Below are positions 30,564 to 40,912 of a DNA stretch of 64,000 bases, one piece after another (within the stretch, counting starts at the first letter, position 1; the number at the start of each line of letters is the position of its first letter). This DNA comes from a virus. Under the pieces are notes generated by a model. That model saw nothing but the letters and a program-made list of their open reading frames with translations, was not told the DNA's origin and did not search any database. The stretch lies in the IMG/VR virus record IMGVR_UViG_3300027851_001140, positions 1 to 64,000 of that record; one strand, given 5' to 3'. Made by a program: the position numbers and the translations under genes.

Positions 30564-32396
30564 CTACAATTCTGGTGTAAAACCTGCGATAGCACGTTGT
30601 GCTAAAAGAGAAGCAAGTCTAGAGGCTTCGGGAGGGGCACACCCTGGACTTCCGGGCGGAGAGGGGAAAGAACTAGAAGAGAAGGCAGAATTACGCCTTT
30701 CTAGTGACGCTCTCAAGGAAAGACTCATGGATCTAACGGACATCTTGATACTTCTCAGGTTTGCGCGAACTCCATCAAACAATGTCGTCATAAGATCCAT
30801 AACAACCTTTGTTGTTCCAAGTGCTTCTTCAAACAGAGGAGGAAGCTCAAACCCAGAATCAATAGCAGAATCTATTTGACAAGTAAGAGGCCCAGACGGC
30901 TGCAAAAGGGGAGAAGAAGAAACAAAGCTGGATCCGCAGGAAAGGTCAGATAAAGAACCTACTAAGGAAGAAACCGAGGACACATAGGAGTTCACCAGAG
31001 AAGACTGAGTTTCTATAAGAGACAATACAGTCTCCAAAGGATTTGACGTAGAAGCCCCAGGAGTGCCAGGAGATCCCAATCCTCCTATTCCGCCTATGCC
31101 AGAAGGCACAGAAGGAATTCCAGTAGGAGCAAAGCTGGATGAGGAAAATGAAGACCCAAAGAGACAGTCAAGAAGACCATTTGACAAATCATTGAATATA
31201 GAATTGGCTAGACTAAGTAGGTTTGTTAGGGTACCTAGTATTTCTGACACTACCTGCTGGGCCTCTTCCATGGCAGCAGTAATAACCTGTAGCTGAGAAG
31301 AGATGGAGTTAGAGAGAGCTTCTGCGAGTGCGGCTGCATCACTTGACAATGAGGACAAGGAGTAAGTGAGAGAGGCTGCAATCTTAGATAGACCAAATGT
31401 AGAATCTACGTTTATAACCGAAAAAATGGACACACCTGGAGAAGAAAGGTCAGACACACCTGACGGACCTATGCTACCCGGAGAAGCCCTCAGGGCAGAC
31501 CGCACACTGAGAGCGACATCATCAGAAGAAGGAAAGAATTCTATAGGCCCAGAAACTCGTGAAACTACAGCAGGGGCATCCGGACCAAAAGCGGCAGATA
31601 GTCTAGGTATATCTGCGGGGTCTCTGATTACAGAGACAGTAAAATTATCCCTATTTGTGAGAGATACAGCGTCCACAAATTGAGAGTTGGTGAGGCCAAG
31701 AACTCTGGCCTTAGACCTAGAAGATTCAGAAGATTCGGGATTTCCTAACCAAAATATATACAACTTCAACTGGTCAATGGGCACGCCAGCTAAGAGGGAG
31801 GCTCGACTGAGAGGAATGTCCACTCCTACAGTTATTTCTTCTTCTACACGTACCTCTGGCGTACAGGAGGTGGCTTCTGTTACAGAAACTCGGATGTAGG
31901 TACACACCAAAATCATACGAGTTCTAACTCCTAACAAAGTAGAATACGTACGAGAATCAGAGTCATCAGTAATAGGAGTCTCATCTAGGTCGGGAAAAGT
32001 ATCGTATATTCGATCGAACCCACCTAAAACACGAGACAGAAGCTTAATGGGTGCGATGTCTCTTGTTCCAGGAAGAATATATCTTCCATTGACTACGGAT
32101 AGGTTGAACCTATCCCCTATAGTAGCCTCCAAATCAGCTGGAGATGATGGGTCTACAAAAGATAGGCTGTTCATCACTTCTGAGGTACTGGTGTCCGCTG
32201 AAGCTAGAACGTAGTCTAAATTTCTACGAAGAGGGTCTAAAAAACTCTCTCTGAGAGATTCACCCTCTGTGCGAAGTGAGGCTAGTTGAGATCTGATGGA
32301 TAAGAGCTGATCCCCCAACCTTTCCTGGTAGGAGAATAGAGCAGCGTCTAACTCCGAATCAAGTCTACAACGTAAGGTTGATAAGGATATGGGCAT
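30564..32396 (-). CDS. Virion protein, Ser-rich/helical
   Basis: 610-aa ORF within the baseplate operon. Confidence 0.55.
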   Translation of the reverse strand: MPISLSTLRCRLDSELDAALFSYQERLGDQLLSIRSQLASLRTEGESLRESFLDPLRRNLDYVLASADTSTSEVMNSLSFVDPSSPADLEATIGDRFNLSVVNGRYILPGTRDIAPIKLLSRVLGGFDRIYDTFPDLDETPITDDSDSRTYSTLLGVRTRMILVCTYIRVSVTEATSCTPEVRVEEEITVGVDIPLSRASLLAGVPIDQLKLYIFWLGNPESSESSRSKARVLGLTNSQFVDAVSLTNRDNFTVSVIRDPADIPRLSAAFGPDAPAVVSRVSGPIEFFPSSDDVALSVRSALRASPGSIGPSGVSDLSSPGVSIFSVINVDSTFGLSKIAASLTYSLSSLSSDAAALAEALSNSISSQLQVITAAMEEAQQVVSEILGTLTNLLSLANSIFNDLSNGLLDCLFGSSFSSSSFAPTGIPSVPSGIGGIGGLGSPGTPGASTSNPLETVLSLIETQSSLVNSYVSSVSSLVGSLSDLSCGSSFVSSSPLLQPSGPLTCQIDSAIDSGFELPPLFEEALGTTKVVMDLMTTLFDGVRANLRSIKMSVRSMSLSLRASLERRNSAFSSSSFPSPPGSPGCAPPEASRLASLLAQRAIAGFTPEL

Positions 32397-32989
32397 TAAA
32401 CTGTGGTGGGCTCTTGAATGTTAAGAACTAACTCAAACTGAGTCTTGGCGTAGCCGATCTCCTGAACAAATCCGCCAGGAAGAGGAGAGGGAGATGAAGT
32501 TATTTCTCCTCCAGCACCTACATAGTATAAGGAGTCTGGCGTAAGTGGAAGGAAAGAAAATCCCATACCTATATTGTACAAAAAACTGCCTATATTCTGC
32601 ACTGAAACGGTAGACACAGTAGGGGAAGAGACCACTACCCCTATAGCAGGACCGAAAGACAAACTGGAAAAGTCAACGGCATCTACTGTGTCGGAGCTTA
32701 CCTGATACACCCACTGTCCTGCAGTTAGAGGAGAAGCAGAATTAAACAATAGTGTAGGTATAGATGAAGGTCCACCCTGAATAAGAGAGTAAAGAGTCTG
32801 TATGTTCTGCTCTATGTAGTCATAAGAGGGGTTTTGTACAGAGGTTAAAGCTTCCGCCCAAGCATCAACAACAGTACCGTAGTCGGCTGACCCTCCGTTG
32901 TTTATGGCAGAAACGTTTTGACGCTGACGTAAAAAGTTCTTTATAGCTTGGGCTAGAGTGAGTGGGTCTATGGCGGGAAACTGAGGCAT
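32396..32989 (-). CDS. Virion protein sharing a C-terminal module with 7335..10088
   Basis: LTPDSLYYVGAGGEIT..FVQEIGYA..LNIQEP; AAGGAG RBS. Confidence 0.6.
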   Translation of the reverse strand: MPQFPAIDPLTLAQAIKNFLRQRQNVSAINNGGSADYGTVVDAWAEALTSVQNPSYDYIEQNIQTLYSLIQGGPSSIPTLLFNSASPLTAGQWVYQVSSDTVDAVDFSSLSFGPAIGVVVSSPTVSTVSVQNIGSFLYNIGMGFSFLPLTPDSLYYVGAGGEITSSPSPLPGGFVQEIGYAKTQFELVLNIQEPTTV

Positions 32990-33015
32990 GATAGCTCCTT
33001 ATACGTAAGATAACA

Positions 33016-33468
33016 TCAGCTCCAGTTAATTACACCACCTCCCCCTGCGGGCACAGCTGTTCCTGTACGTATCCATGTGTCTATTCGTGAGGAAAAACGT
33101 TGAGCAGCCTCAAGATGTGTAGAAGGAGGAGAAGCTTGGAATAGAATTAGAAATCCGACCAAACCAGGAGGCGGAGTGGCGGCAAAAGCGGGGGCCATAC
33201 CCGCAGCCACCGTAGCCGCAAACACTGCCCATGCCCCTTCCATGGCAGAAGCGGTGGCGGATGCGATGACAGATGTCTCAAAAATGGAAGCCAAAGTAGA
33301 GGATAGTACCAATTGAGCGGCTTCTACAGTGACAGAGGGAGGAGAAATAGATAACGCGTAATCACGCATACATCCCGCCCACGACTCAGCGCAGCCTAAA
33401 GCAGTGTCAGGCGGAGAAGAAAAGAACGACTCAAAAGAACTTGATAGAGTATCTACTACAAGGGCCAT
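33016..33468 (-). CDS. Spike-associated baseplate protein
   Basis: Ala-rich, ends IDTWIRTGTA..W; directly follows the spike gene. Confidence 0.45.
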   Translation of the reverse strand: MALVVDTLSSSFESFFSSPPDTALGCAESWAGCMRDYALSISPPSVTVEAAQLVLSSTLASIFETSVIASATASAMEGAWAVFAATVAAGMAPAFAATPPPGLVGFLILFQASPPSTHLEAAQRFSSRIDTWIRTGTAVPAGGGGVINWS

Positions 33469-34610
33469 TATTCAACAAATACCTTAGTACTAAGAACGTT
33501 GGTAAATCGTACTTCAACGTCAGAGGTAAGAAACGCAGCGGGCCCAGTAGAGGTAAGTACCCTTGCATCTCTGAGCCATTGCCTCATTTCCTCTCCTCGC
33601 ATAGCGGGTTCTGTGGCCTCGGCTCCATGTTTTATCTTGGTTCCTTCAATCTCTACTGTTTGCTCTGCGTCAAGAAGGAAATTTCTACTTACATTGTGTA
33701 TCTCGTCTCTTCCAACGGAAATCTTAACGTCTGACTTTTTCACGTCCAAACTAAATCCGTAAGAGGAGTTGTCGGGAAGAATGACGCTCACATTACCTTC
33801 TACGTCCACTTCCACAGAAGTTTCTTCGAGTCTAACTGTTCCATACTTGGATAGACTTCTAAGCTTCTTTCCAGTAACAGAAGACGTAGCCTCCTGTCCC
33901 TCATCGTCTACTACATGACCTTCCCTATGGTCTACAAGAGTATATGGGGGCGCCTTACTTTCTAAGGTTCGTAGGTATTCTTTAGCAAAAACCTCATCTC
34001 CTCCTTCAGGAGTGACTCTGATCCACTGGTCCTGGGTTTGGTCTGTTTCAGTTTTACGTTTCACCACCCCAAAACGAATCTCGCTGGATATCTCTGAAAT
34101 GTTGTTGTCGAGCGTTCTATGAATTATTGTTGGAGCCTTAACATTTGCCTCCAATCTAGGAACGTCTAGGGTGTACTGCATGGGTCCACCCCGCAGAGAT
34201 AGAGTACCATCTTGACTAAAATGGGCAGAGGCCAGGCCCTTTGACGTTATATCAATTTCCCCCTCAAGAAGTCTTCGGTAATAGAACCTATTCTCTGCGT
34301 ACGTAGCTCTAATTTGAAGACTAGCTATGGATTCGGCCATGTAAGCAGAAGCAAATGTTTCTCCAGAATCCACTCGACTATCTAAAATCATACGAGTGGC
34401 GCGCTCAGGCATTACCCTTATCCAGGAAGATGGACCAAGGTAAGGATGTGTTATAGGGGCACTTCGACCGGCGCGAGGTCCGGAGTAGATAAACGTGTCC
34501 TCTTCTGGATTGATAGAGGTGATCACAGCTCCGTAGGGGCGAACAGCATACTGCTCATCCCCCGAAAAGTGCCTCTTAGCGTCACGTAATGTTCTTCCAA
34601 TGGCACTCAT
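33468..34610 (-). CDS. Baseplate central spike (gpV/gp5-like)
   Basis: OB-like N-terminus, C-terminal beta-helix, ends ATEPAMRGEE..LSTKVFVE. Confidence 0.65.
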   Translation of the reverse strand: MSAIGRTLRDAKRHFSGDEQYAVRPYGAVITSINPEEDTFIYSGPRAGRSAPITHPYLGPSSWIRVMPERATRMILDSRVDSGETFASAYMAESIASLQIRATYAENRFYYRRLLEGEIDITSKGLASAHFSQDGTLSLRGGPMQYTLDVPRLEANVKAPTIIHRTLDNNISEISSEIRFGVVKRKTETDQTQDQWIRVTPEGGDEVFAKEYLRTLESKAPPYTLVDHREGHVVDDEGQEATSSVTGKKLRSLSKYGTVRLEETSVEVDVEGNVSVILPDNSSYGFSLDVKKSDVKISVGRDEIHNVSRNFLLDAEQTVEIEGTKIKHGAEATEPAMRGEEMRQWLRDARVLTSTGPAAFLTSDVEVRFTNVLSTKVFVE

Positions 34611-37600
34611 GTCGACCTTCTCCGTGCGTCCTCTGCGGTCTCTCGCGTAAGTCGTCTACGATTTGTTATAGGCTCTCCTGCCTGGCGCTCGGAGGATCCT
34701 TCATACCTCTCAGGCGGGCACTCGTTTGGAGGAACAGAATCCGCAAACAAAGCCACCTGCTGATCCCGTACCGTAGCGTACGCTGTAATAGCCCTCTGTC
34801 TGCGCTCATTTATGGCAAGAGCCCTTTGTCTATCAGCTTCCAGATTTCGCCTTCTCTGAGCGGTGGCATCAGGTGGTATCTCAGGGACAGGCTCTGGAAC
34901 AAACCTGGTGGGCTCTGCAGCCAATCGCAAGGCAGGAATACCCTTTAATCCAAAACCACTGTAGTAGTCTTCTAGAGAAATTACATCGCTATCGGGTCCT
35001 GGTCTTCCTACAGTTTCTGCCTGAGAAAACGGCAAACTGTTAGGAATAGGGTTGTAGAAAAGAACATGACGTGAAACGAACCCCAATGAACCATCTCTAC
35101 GCCGCAAGAAAGATAGATTGAATCTTTCCACCAGCTCAGGGTCCCACCGTTGAAGAATATTTGTGCTAGAATCTCCAACTCCCGACACGACTCGAATACT
35201 TCCTTGAATACGAAGGGCCTCTACTGCCGTGAGTAAGGATAGATTAGAAGTTCTACGATTTACGATCGTAAATCTCTTGCCGTCACCCACATAGTTTTGA
35301 AAAGTAGGGGATCCGCTTATAGCCCCAGTCTCAAAATGAAGATGAGTAAGAGTACTGCGGTCTTCTGTTCCAGAAAATCCTACACGAGCAATGGGTTGAT
35401 TTCTCTTAACGGTCGCTCCTACGTCAACTCCAGATTCTAGTGAATTAAGATGACGATAGAACGTGACGAATCCGTCAGCATGAATAAGTCCAAGAGACAT
35501 ACCCTGTCCAGGGAGGCCGTCTCTAGCAACAGAAGGACGTACGTAAAAAACTATTCCGTCTGAAACTGCGTACACGAGTTCGTCGAGGTCCATGGGGATG
35601 TCCACCCCAGGATGCCAACTTCCGTTTCTCAGACCAAAGCCAGAGGTGACTATGCGAGGAAATTCCCCAGCAAACTGCCAGGTTCCTACCCCACGATCAA
35701 TAATATCTTGGTCAGGAATCTGGCCACGAGCGTAAGCATCAAGCAAAGAACTTCTCTCGCTGGAACGAAGAGATCTCTTCCATGCGGCCCACCTTGGTAC
35801 CACACGAGGAGCGGGCCCCGCAGGAGAACTATAAAACCTAGGGTCTCCCGGAAAGCAAGTAACTTCTTCCTCCGCAGGAGATACCTCTGGCGGCTCGTAC
35901 TCCTCACTCGGAGAATACGTAGAGCGAACTCCAGTAGTACCTAACCTTGGACGGGCACCGCCAGACGCGAACTCTGCTCCGGCATTAACATTCCTAGACC
36001 GTAAATCGTCCAATATAGACTGAGAACGTTCGGTAAGATCTCGAAGTCGCTGCTGCCTTTCCTCAGGAGTTAGCGCACCTGCACTTCTAGTGAGTTCATC
36101 TATCTCGGCTTGAAGCTGCCTAAATTCTGTAACTATGGGGTCGTCTTCTCCTTCAGCACGGTCTACAGGTCCCAAAAAGGCAGCGTTAATGACATTGTAT
36201 GTGGATTGGCCACTAGGTATGATGGCCCTGTACCTATCCCTGAGAGAGGAAAACTGTTCTTGAGTAAGGGAATCGTTGTCAGTTGATATAGTAGTAAGGG
36301 CGGCCTTAAAATCCTGTACGCGACGTTGAAGAGACTGAACTAACGACAATACTCCGTCCTGAGGTTGAGCAAAATACATGGGGTTGGCTGGACCCCCAGT
36401 TATGTACCTTGGTATCCCTAACTCATCGTAACTTCTGCTGTAGTTGAGAGTTACGTTCATAGATGGCGGCTGTTGTCCTGCGATGGCGCCCGCAGTAACA
36501 GGGAGAGTCCACGAAATTCCGTCTATGAGAGCTAGCCTCTCTCTATAGCGGTTGAACACTGGTCTGTTTAGAGTGAGCCATGGCCTAAACACCAACCCAA
36601 TCTGATACTTGTCAGCAGAAGACAGCAGCTTTTGAAACTCTAACGTAGCCAACTGCTCAAGCCTAGCCAAGTCAGTGATTTGTGAATAATTTAGGACCTT
36701 TATTCTCAGACCAAGCCTAGAGGCCAAACTGGGAGACCACACGCCAAGAGATCTTCCAGGATTAAGAGGAATAATTCCTCCCTCGTTTATGTTGGTAAGA
36801 CCGACGTAAGACCCGTTGGCTACTACTCCAGTAACAATCTCTCCTCCCTCTTCATCGAAGGAAGAATTTAGCAAATGATGGTCTAACGTGAAAACTTCTG
36901 ACCAGGTCCCATAATCGGAAGGGTCGAAGTCGTACTGGGCAAACTCAAATATTAGGTCGCCACACCCAGACACCCAAAATCTATAGTCGGCAGTCTCACA
37001 GGCGTCGGCCAACATCTGAAGTCTGTTGGTCCAGTTCAAGTTTTGAGCAACAGGCTGGTCCGCTATGAGCGTACGATCCCATAAGGAATCACTAGGAGTG
37101 GTCGGACCAGGGGTAAGAAAATGCACTCCTTGAGCTTCGGGATGCCAGGCAGCTTCTCGTCTAGTAAACCTTCCTGCAGTCCTTACTTCATTTTCCGTCC
37201 AATAACGTCTATTTCTAGGAGAATAGTCAGGAGCAGCGTCGGTTACAGCAAGACTTTGCCGTGGAGAAAAGTTAAACCTAGCGGGAGTCCCAAAAAGACA
37301 CAGATTATGCCATCCTTGCATACGTCGCCGGATAGATCTCGATGTTTCAGCTCTATTTCCATTTATAGACGGAAAATAGGCCTCATCAGCGTAAGACCGA
37401 GGAGGGTCTCCCGGAAGGGAGCCTTGCCACGGAAAAACCCCAGGGCGCATTCTTCCCACACGTCCAGACCCTACATTGATAGCCACGCGTCGTTGAGGTC
37501 TGGAGGGGTTGGACGTGGATCCTGCGTCCGCCCCAGGAGGAGGAACGGGATCAGAAGGTATTTGGGCCTCATCAATCTCACTGAGACTGGTGTCTACTAA

Positions 37601-39022
37601 ATCTCCAGATTCGTTTATGGAAGAAGGATCTAGGCCGAAGCCAGACAAATCTGACAATAATCGTCTATATTGTGTCAGTTCTTCAGAAGAAAGTACTCCC
37701 TCTCCTCCTTGTCTAACACGAGACAACAACGGACTAAGCTCGGCAGCTACTGCACGAGCTTCATCTGCGGCCGTAGACCTAGAAGAGGATAGGTTTCTAA
37801 TGGCTCTGGCATCAGCATCTGACTGGAATCCAGGAGGAAGATCCCGAAAAAATGTTAGCGAAGCTACCATTTCGGGTAGGTTGTAGGAAGACCATGGATT
37901 AGTAAAAGTGCTACCTCTGACAAGATCACTGAAGAATCCGTCATTGAACTCCTGGTTAACTGCCTCAGAGTCAAAGGACCTGAATACGTCAATCCCGGAC
38001 AAGGTCAAGTTATTTGTGGGGTCTGCTGACCCTGATGTCTGGCTACTAGGAAGTACTGCCAACATTGTGTTGGAGTTTACACGCATCTGTGCCATCAGAT
38101 GGCGTATGTCAGCACAAGATACCTGCACAGTGTTGAGCCCGTTGATGTAGTCTTCTGTAGTAGGTTTTGAAATGATGAACCCAGTAAAAACTGGTATCCA
38201 CTCATCCAACTCAGAAGAGGGGTTATGAATCCACACCCTAACTGCATCATTTCGGTGAAATATAGACCCCCACAAATGAAGCGGAAAGCGTCTTCCTCCC
38301 GACATTGGGTCTATGGGGTTTCTTCCTATGTCTTTCTTAGACTCGAAGAGTTCTGCCTTTATAGACTCATCGTAGTCAAAAGAATTACCTTGACCACGAG
38401 GAGAGGACCTTCGGAATATTCCTCTAAGATTCTCAGGGGTGATAGTGAACCGGTGACCTGCGTTGTCTAACGTAAAGTCACACTTATTAAAGTCTGCGCC
38501 AGCGCCATAAGACACAGATATAGTTCCGGTAAGAAACGGACTTACATCTTGACCTTCGATGTACACAATAGCATCATGGTAATATACTTGGTGAGTCTGT
38601 TCCTTAAAGAAGTGAGGAGCAGACCCTCCTCTGCGCACAGGGGCCGCTTCTCGACTTGCGGTAGGGGTAGACTGGCTTCTACGAGGGTCAGCAGGCTCCT
38701 GTGGCCTGATAGCCGCTCCTCCTGTTCCTGCGGAATCCCTACTTCTACGAGGGTCAGGAGATCTTCCATCCGGATCCTCTTCTGAGGAGGAGGCAGAAAG
38801 AATGGAAGAGGCATCTCGTTGAGCACGTTCTCTGTCTTGTCGTGGAGTACGTCCGGAAGCAGTAGGAGTGGAGTCTAGGGAGGGAGGAGGACTAGGCACT
38901 CCCTCTTGTGGGTCACCTGGAACTTGTTCTATTAGTTCTGGACGACGTAAAAGTGCCTCTCCCGGTTCTGGAAGAAGTCGTCCCATGGCTCCGCTTATTA
39001 CTCTAGTTCTGTTTCCGGCCAT
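34607..39022 (-). CDS. Baseplate hub/tail lysin with M23 metallopeptidase domain
   Basis: Hub-like VFTGFI and FWVSGCGDLIF; M23 motifs HPGVD, YRHL and HLHFE at about 35330-35650. Confidence 0.8.
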   Translation of the reverse strand: MAGNRTRVISGAMGRLLPEPGEALLRRPELIEQVPGDPQEGVPSPPPSLDSTPTASGRTPRQDRERAQRDASSILSASSSEEDPDGRSPDPRRSRDSAGTGGAAIRPQEPADPRRSQSTPTASREAAPVRRGGSAPHFFKEQTHQVYYHDAIVYIEGQDVSPFLTGTISVSYGAGADFNKCDFTLDNAGHRFTITPENLRGIFRRSSPRGQGNSFDYDESIKAELFESKKDIGRNPIDPMSGGRRFPLHLWGSIFHRNDAVRVWIHNPSSELDEWIPVFTGFIISKPTTEDYINGLNTVQVSCADIRHLMAQMRVNSNTMLAVLPSSQTSGSADPTNNLTLSGIDVFRSFDSEAVNQEFNDGFFSDLVRGSTFTNPWSSYNLPEMVASLTFFRDLPPGFQSDADARAIRNLSSSRSTAADEARAVAAELSPLLSRVRQGGEGVLSSEELTQYRRLLSDLSGFGLDPSSINESGDLVDTSLSEIDEAQIPSDPVPPPGADAGSTSNPSRPQRRVAINVGSGRVGRMRPGVFPWQGSLPGDPPRSYADEAYFPSINGNRAETSRSIRRRMQGWHNLCLFGTPARFNFSPRQSLAVTDAAPDYSPRNRRYWTENEVRTAGRFTRREAAWHPEAQGVHFLTPGPTTPSDSLWDRTLIADQPVAQNLNWTNRLQMLADACETADYRFWVSGCGDLIFEFAQYDFDPSDYGTWSEVFTLDHHLLNSSFDEEGGEIVTGVVANGSYVGLTNINEGGIIPLNPGRSLGVWSPSLASRLGLRIKVLNYSQITDLARLEQLATLEFQKLLSSADKYQIGLVFRPWLTLNRPVFNRYRERLALIDGISWTLPVTAGAIAGQQPPSMNVTLNYSRSYDELGIPRYITGGPANPMYFAQPQDGVLSLVQSLQRRVQDFKAALTTISTDNDSLTQEQFSSLRDRYRAIIPSGQSTYNVINAAFLGPVDRAEGEDDPIVTEFRQLQAEIDELTRSAGALTPEERQQRLRDLTERSQSILDDLRSRNVNAGAEFASGGARPRLGTTGVRSTYSPSEEYEPPEVSPAEEEVTCFPGDPRFYSSPAGPAPRVVPRWAAWKRSLRSSERSSLLDAYARGQIPDQDIIDRGVGTWQFAGEFPRIVTSGFGLRNGSWHPGVDIPMDLDELVYAVSDGIVFYVRPSVARDGLPGQGMSLGLIHADGFVTFYRHLNSLESGVDVGATVKRNQPIARVGFSGTEDRSTLTHLHFETGAISGSPTFQNYVGDGKRFTIVNRRTSNLSLLTAVEALRIQGSIRVVSGVGDSSTNILQRWDPELVERFNLSFLRRRDGSLGFVSRHVLFYNPIPNSLPFSQAETVGRPGPDSDVISLEDYYSGFGLKGIPALRLAAEPTRFVPEPVPEIPPDATAQRRRNLEADRQRALAINERRQRAITAYATVRDQQVALFADSVPPNECPPERYEGSSERQAGEPITNRRRLTRETAEDARRRST

Positions 39023-39043
39023 TACTTCTTCCCAAAAGATAAG

Positions 39044-39637
39044 TCATTCCTGGCTTTTCGGCAAATTAGACCTAGAATAAAGTATGTGTTCCCTAGACTT
39101 GTCTAAGTACAGAGCGGCCATCTGACTTTTGACCAGCAAATCTGTGTGATAATGATACCAAGGGTCTATAGACAATGAGTCAGATACTCCGATGGTAGGA
39201 ATCATGTCATGAGAGTACACCAATTCCATCCCGCATCTTCCGCCGCCCATTAGATTACAGTCCACGAAATAGATGTCAGAGCGAGACAAGACGTACAAGT
39301 CTAAAAGAACTCTAAATTCAGAAGACCCAGGATTAGACAAAGCTAGGTTTGATATCTTTTCTATGTCTGGTGACACTAAAGCGTCTATGAGGCGAGACGG
39401 AAAACCTCTAGATAGACGAATGCTCATCTCGTGAGCCTGAGCCACCTGTTCTCCTCTTCCTTTTAGAACTGAGAGAAGCTCTGGGGTCACACTCCCGCCA
39501 GAAATAAAAAATCTGTAGGGATGGGACTCCTTTTCTGTCATTTCCTTTTGGAGAAGAGACGACATCCAGTGAGGTACGTCAGAAGACTCAGCCGGGTATC
39601 CGAGATACACTACAATCTTATCGTCAGTAAAAGACAT
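39044..39637 (-). CDS. Nucleoside 2-deoxyribosyltransferase (NDT/DNPH1)-like protein
   Basis: VYLGYP, DLYVLSRSDIYFVD, GMELVYS (catalytic Glu position), IPTIGV, PWYHYH. Confidence 0.55.
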   Translation of the reverse strand: MSFTDDKIVVYLGYPAESSDVPHWMSSLLQKEMTEKESHPYRFFISGGSVTPELLSVLKGRGEQVAQAHEMSIRLSRGFPSRLIDALVSPDIEKISNLALSNPGSSEFRVLLDLYVLSRSDIYFVDCNLMGGGRCGMELVYSHDMIPTIGVSDSLSIDPWYHYHTDLLVKSQMAALYLDKSREHILYSRSNLPKSQE

Positions 39638-40068
39638 CAGGTGACCTTAGAGTGACGGGAGAACTCTTTATCGATGACATTCCTAACTATTAGGTCTAAA
39701 TCACTTGGATTTAGACCCATATGTTCTCCTAGCTTCCTAACAAAATGAACTTCTTCCAACTTCGATAGAAGAGAGTCCAAATCCTTGTGTTCTATGCGTA
39801 AAGCTTCTGGGTCTCCTATCTCGTTGGACAACTCGGACAGCTTAGCTGTAGCAAGAGACACTGCTTTGTAGTAGGAGATGCTGCGTATAAATCTAGAGCG
39901 AAGATAGCCATACAAGGCAGAAGAGTGAGACTCTGACTCCTCTGCGTGTACGCCAAACAGCTTGGTTGCAAGACCAAGTATATCGTCAGCAGAAAACTCC
40001 TCAAACTCCTCGGCTAGAAGATCGTCATCGGAGGAATCCGGGAGTTCTTCTTCAGAAGAATCTATCAC
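39637..40068 (-). CDS. Hypothetical protein
   Basis: Coupled ORF with an acidic N-terminus. Confidence 0.55.
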   Translation of the reverse strand: MIDSSEEELPDSSDDDLLAEEFEEFSADDILGLATKLFGVHAEESESHSSALYGYLRSRFIRSISYYKAVSLATAKLSELSNEIGDPEALRIEHKDLDSLLSKLEEVHFVRKLGEHMGLNPSDLDLIVRNVIDKEFSRHSKVT

Positions 40069-40634
40069 GACCTATCCCCCTTCAAAGATTTCGACAATCC
40101 TCCCTCGTACATCATCTCTTTAACGATCTCAACCTGAAGTTTCAGTATGTTGAAACTCTGATTTACGTTTTTAGAAACTATCTCAGCAGCAGACACTACA
40201 CGCTTTACTGCAGAAAGCCTGTCCTCTATCTCCGGACATGTGAGAGATACCACCGCATTTCTTTGCGCATCGTTCTTTAGAAGAATGACTTCCTTTTTCA
40301 TAAAGAGAGTGGAACGTACAACATCATGAAGTCTCTCCAATTTTCCTCTCATGTTGTCGTAAGATAGTATGACTTCAGCCGCTCTATCCTTGATAGATTG
40401 CAGTTCGGCAGCAACAGCAAGTCCCCTATTCAGGTCGGACGGGCCTCTTATGGTACGAGTTGACTCCTCGCCCTCTCTAAGGAAGGGGAAATAAGAGTGT
40501 AGCTCTCCTATGATGGTTACATCTGGCTTGAGGTTCTTTTTGCACGCAGACCTTATGGCGTTTTCTACCACAGGTTCAGCCCTATATGCGTCTGCCCTTG
40601 CTTGCCAAATTCCTATGTCGTCTTCCACGGTCAT
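40065..40634 (-). CDS. UvsY-like recombination mediator (tentative)
   Basis: Helical; C-terminus loosely resembles UvsY; clustered with RecA, SbcD and SSB. Confidence 0.4.
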   Translation of the reverse strand: MTVEDDIGIWQARADAYRAEPVVENAIRSACKKNLKPDVTIIGELHSYFPFLREGEESTRTIRGPSDLNRGLAVAAELQSIKDRAAEVILSYDNMRGKLERLHDVVRSTLFMKKEVILLKNDAQRNAVVSLTCPEIEDRLSAVKRVVSAAEIVSKNVNQSFNILKLQVEIVKEMMYEGGLSKSLKGDRS

Positions 40635-40912
40635 CTAAGCACCATAATCTTCATGTTAGGTTTGGTAGGAAGTACCGGAGCAGGTACTAAAGGTCGGATG
40701 AAAAGCCATGCGTTGTTCTGCATCACAAAATCAACAGCGCTGACTCGACTTTTTATGATAGTAGAGAACCAAGAATGTATCTCTTCTACCTTCTGGTCGA
40801 AGAATTCAATATCGTAGCCATCATCTGGACGAGAGGGGTCGGAATGAGTATCGACCAAAAGAAGCACATGGTGTGTCTTAAGTGACTCCCATACTGGATT
40901 GTAGTCAGACAT
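40631..40912 (-). CDS. Hypothetical protein
   Basis: Coupled small ORF. Confidence 0.5.
   Translation of the reverse strand: MSDYNPVWESLKTHHVLLLVDTHSDPSRPDDGYDIEFFDQKVEEIHSWFSTIIKSRVSAVDFVMQNNAWLFIRPLVPAPVLPTKPNMKIMVLR

Noticed and set aside
25255-39022. Bacterial eCIS, tailocin or T6SS locus
   Set aside because: It is contiguous with phage-type SSB, primase, RNR, sigma and neck genes, with no host housekeeping context.
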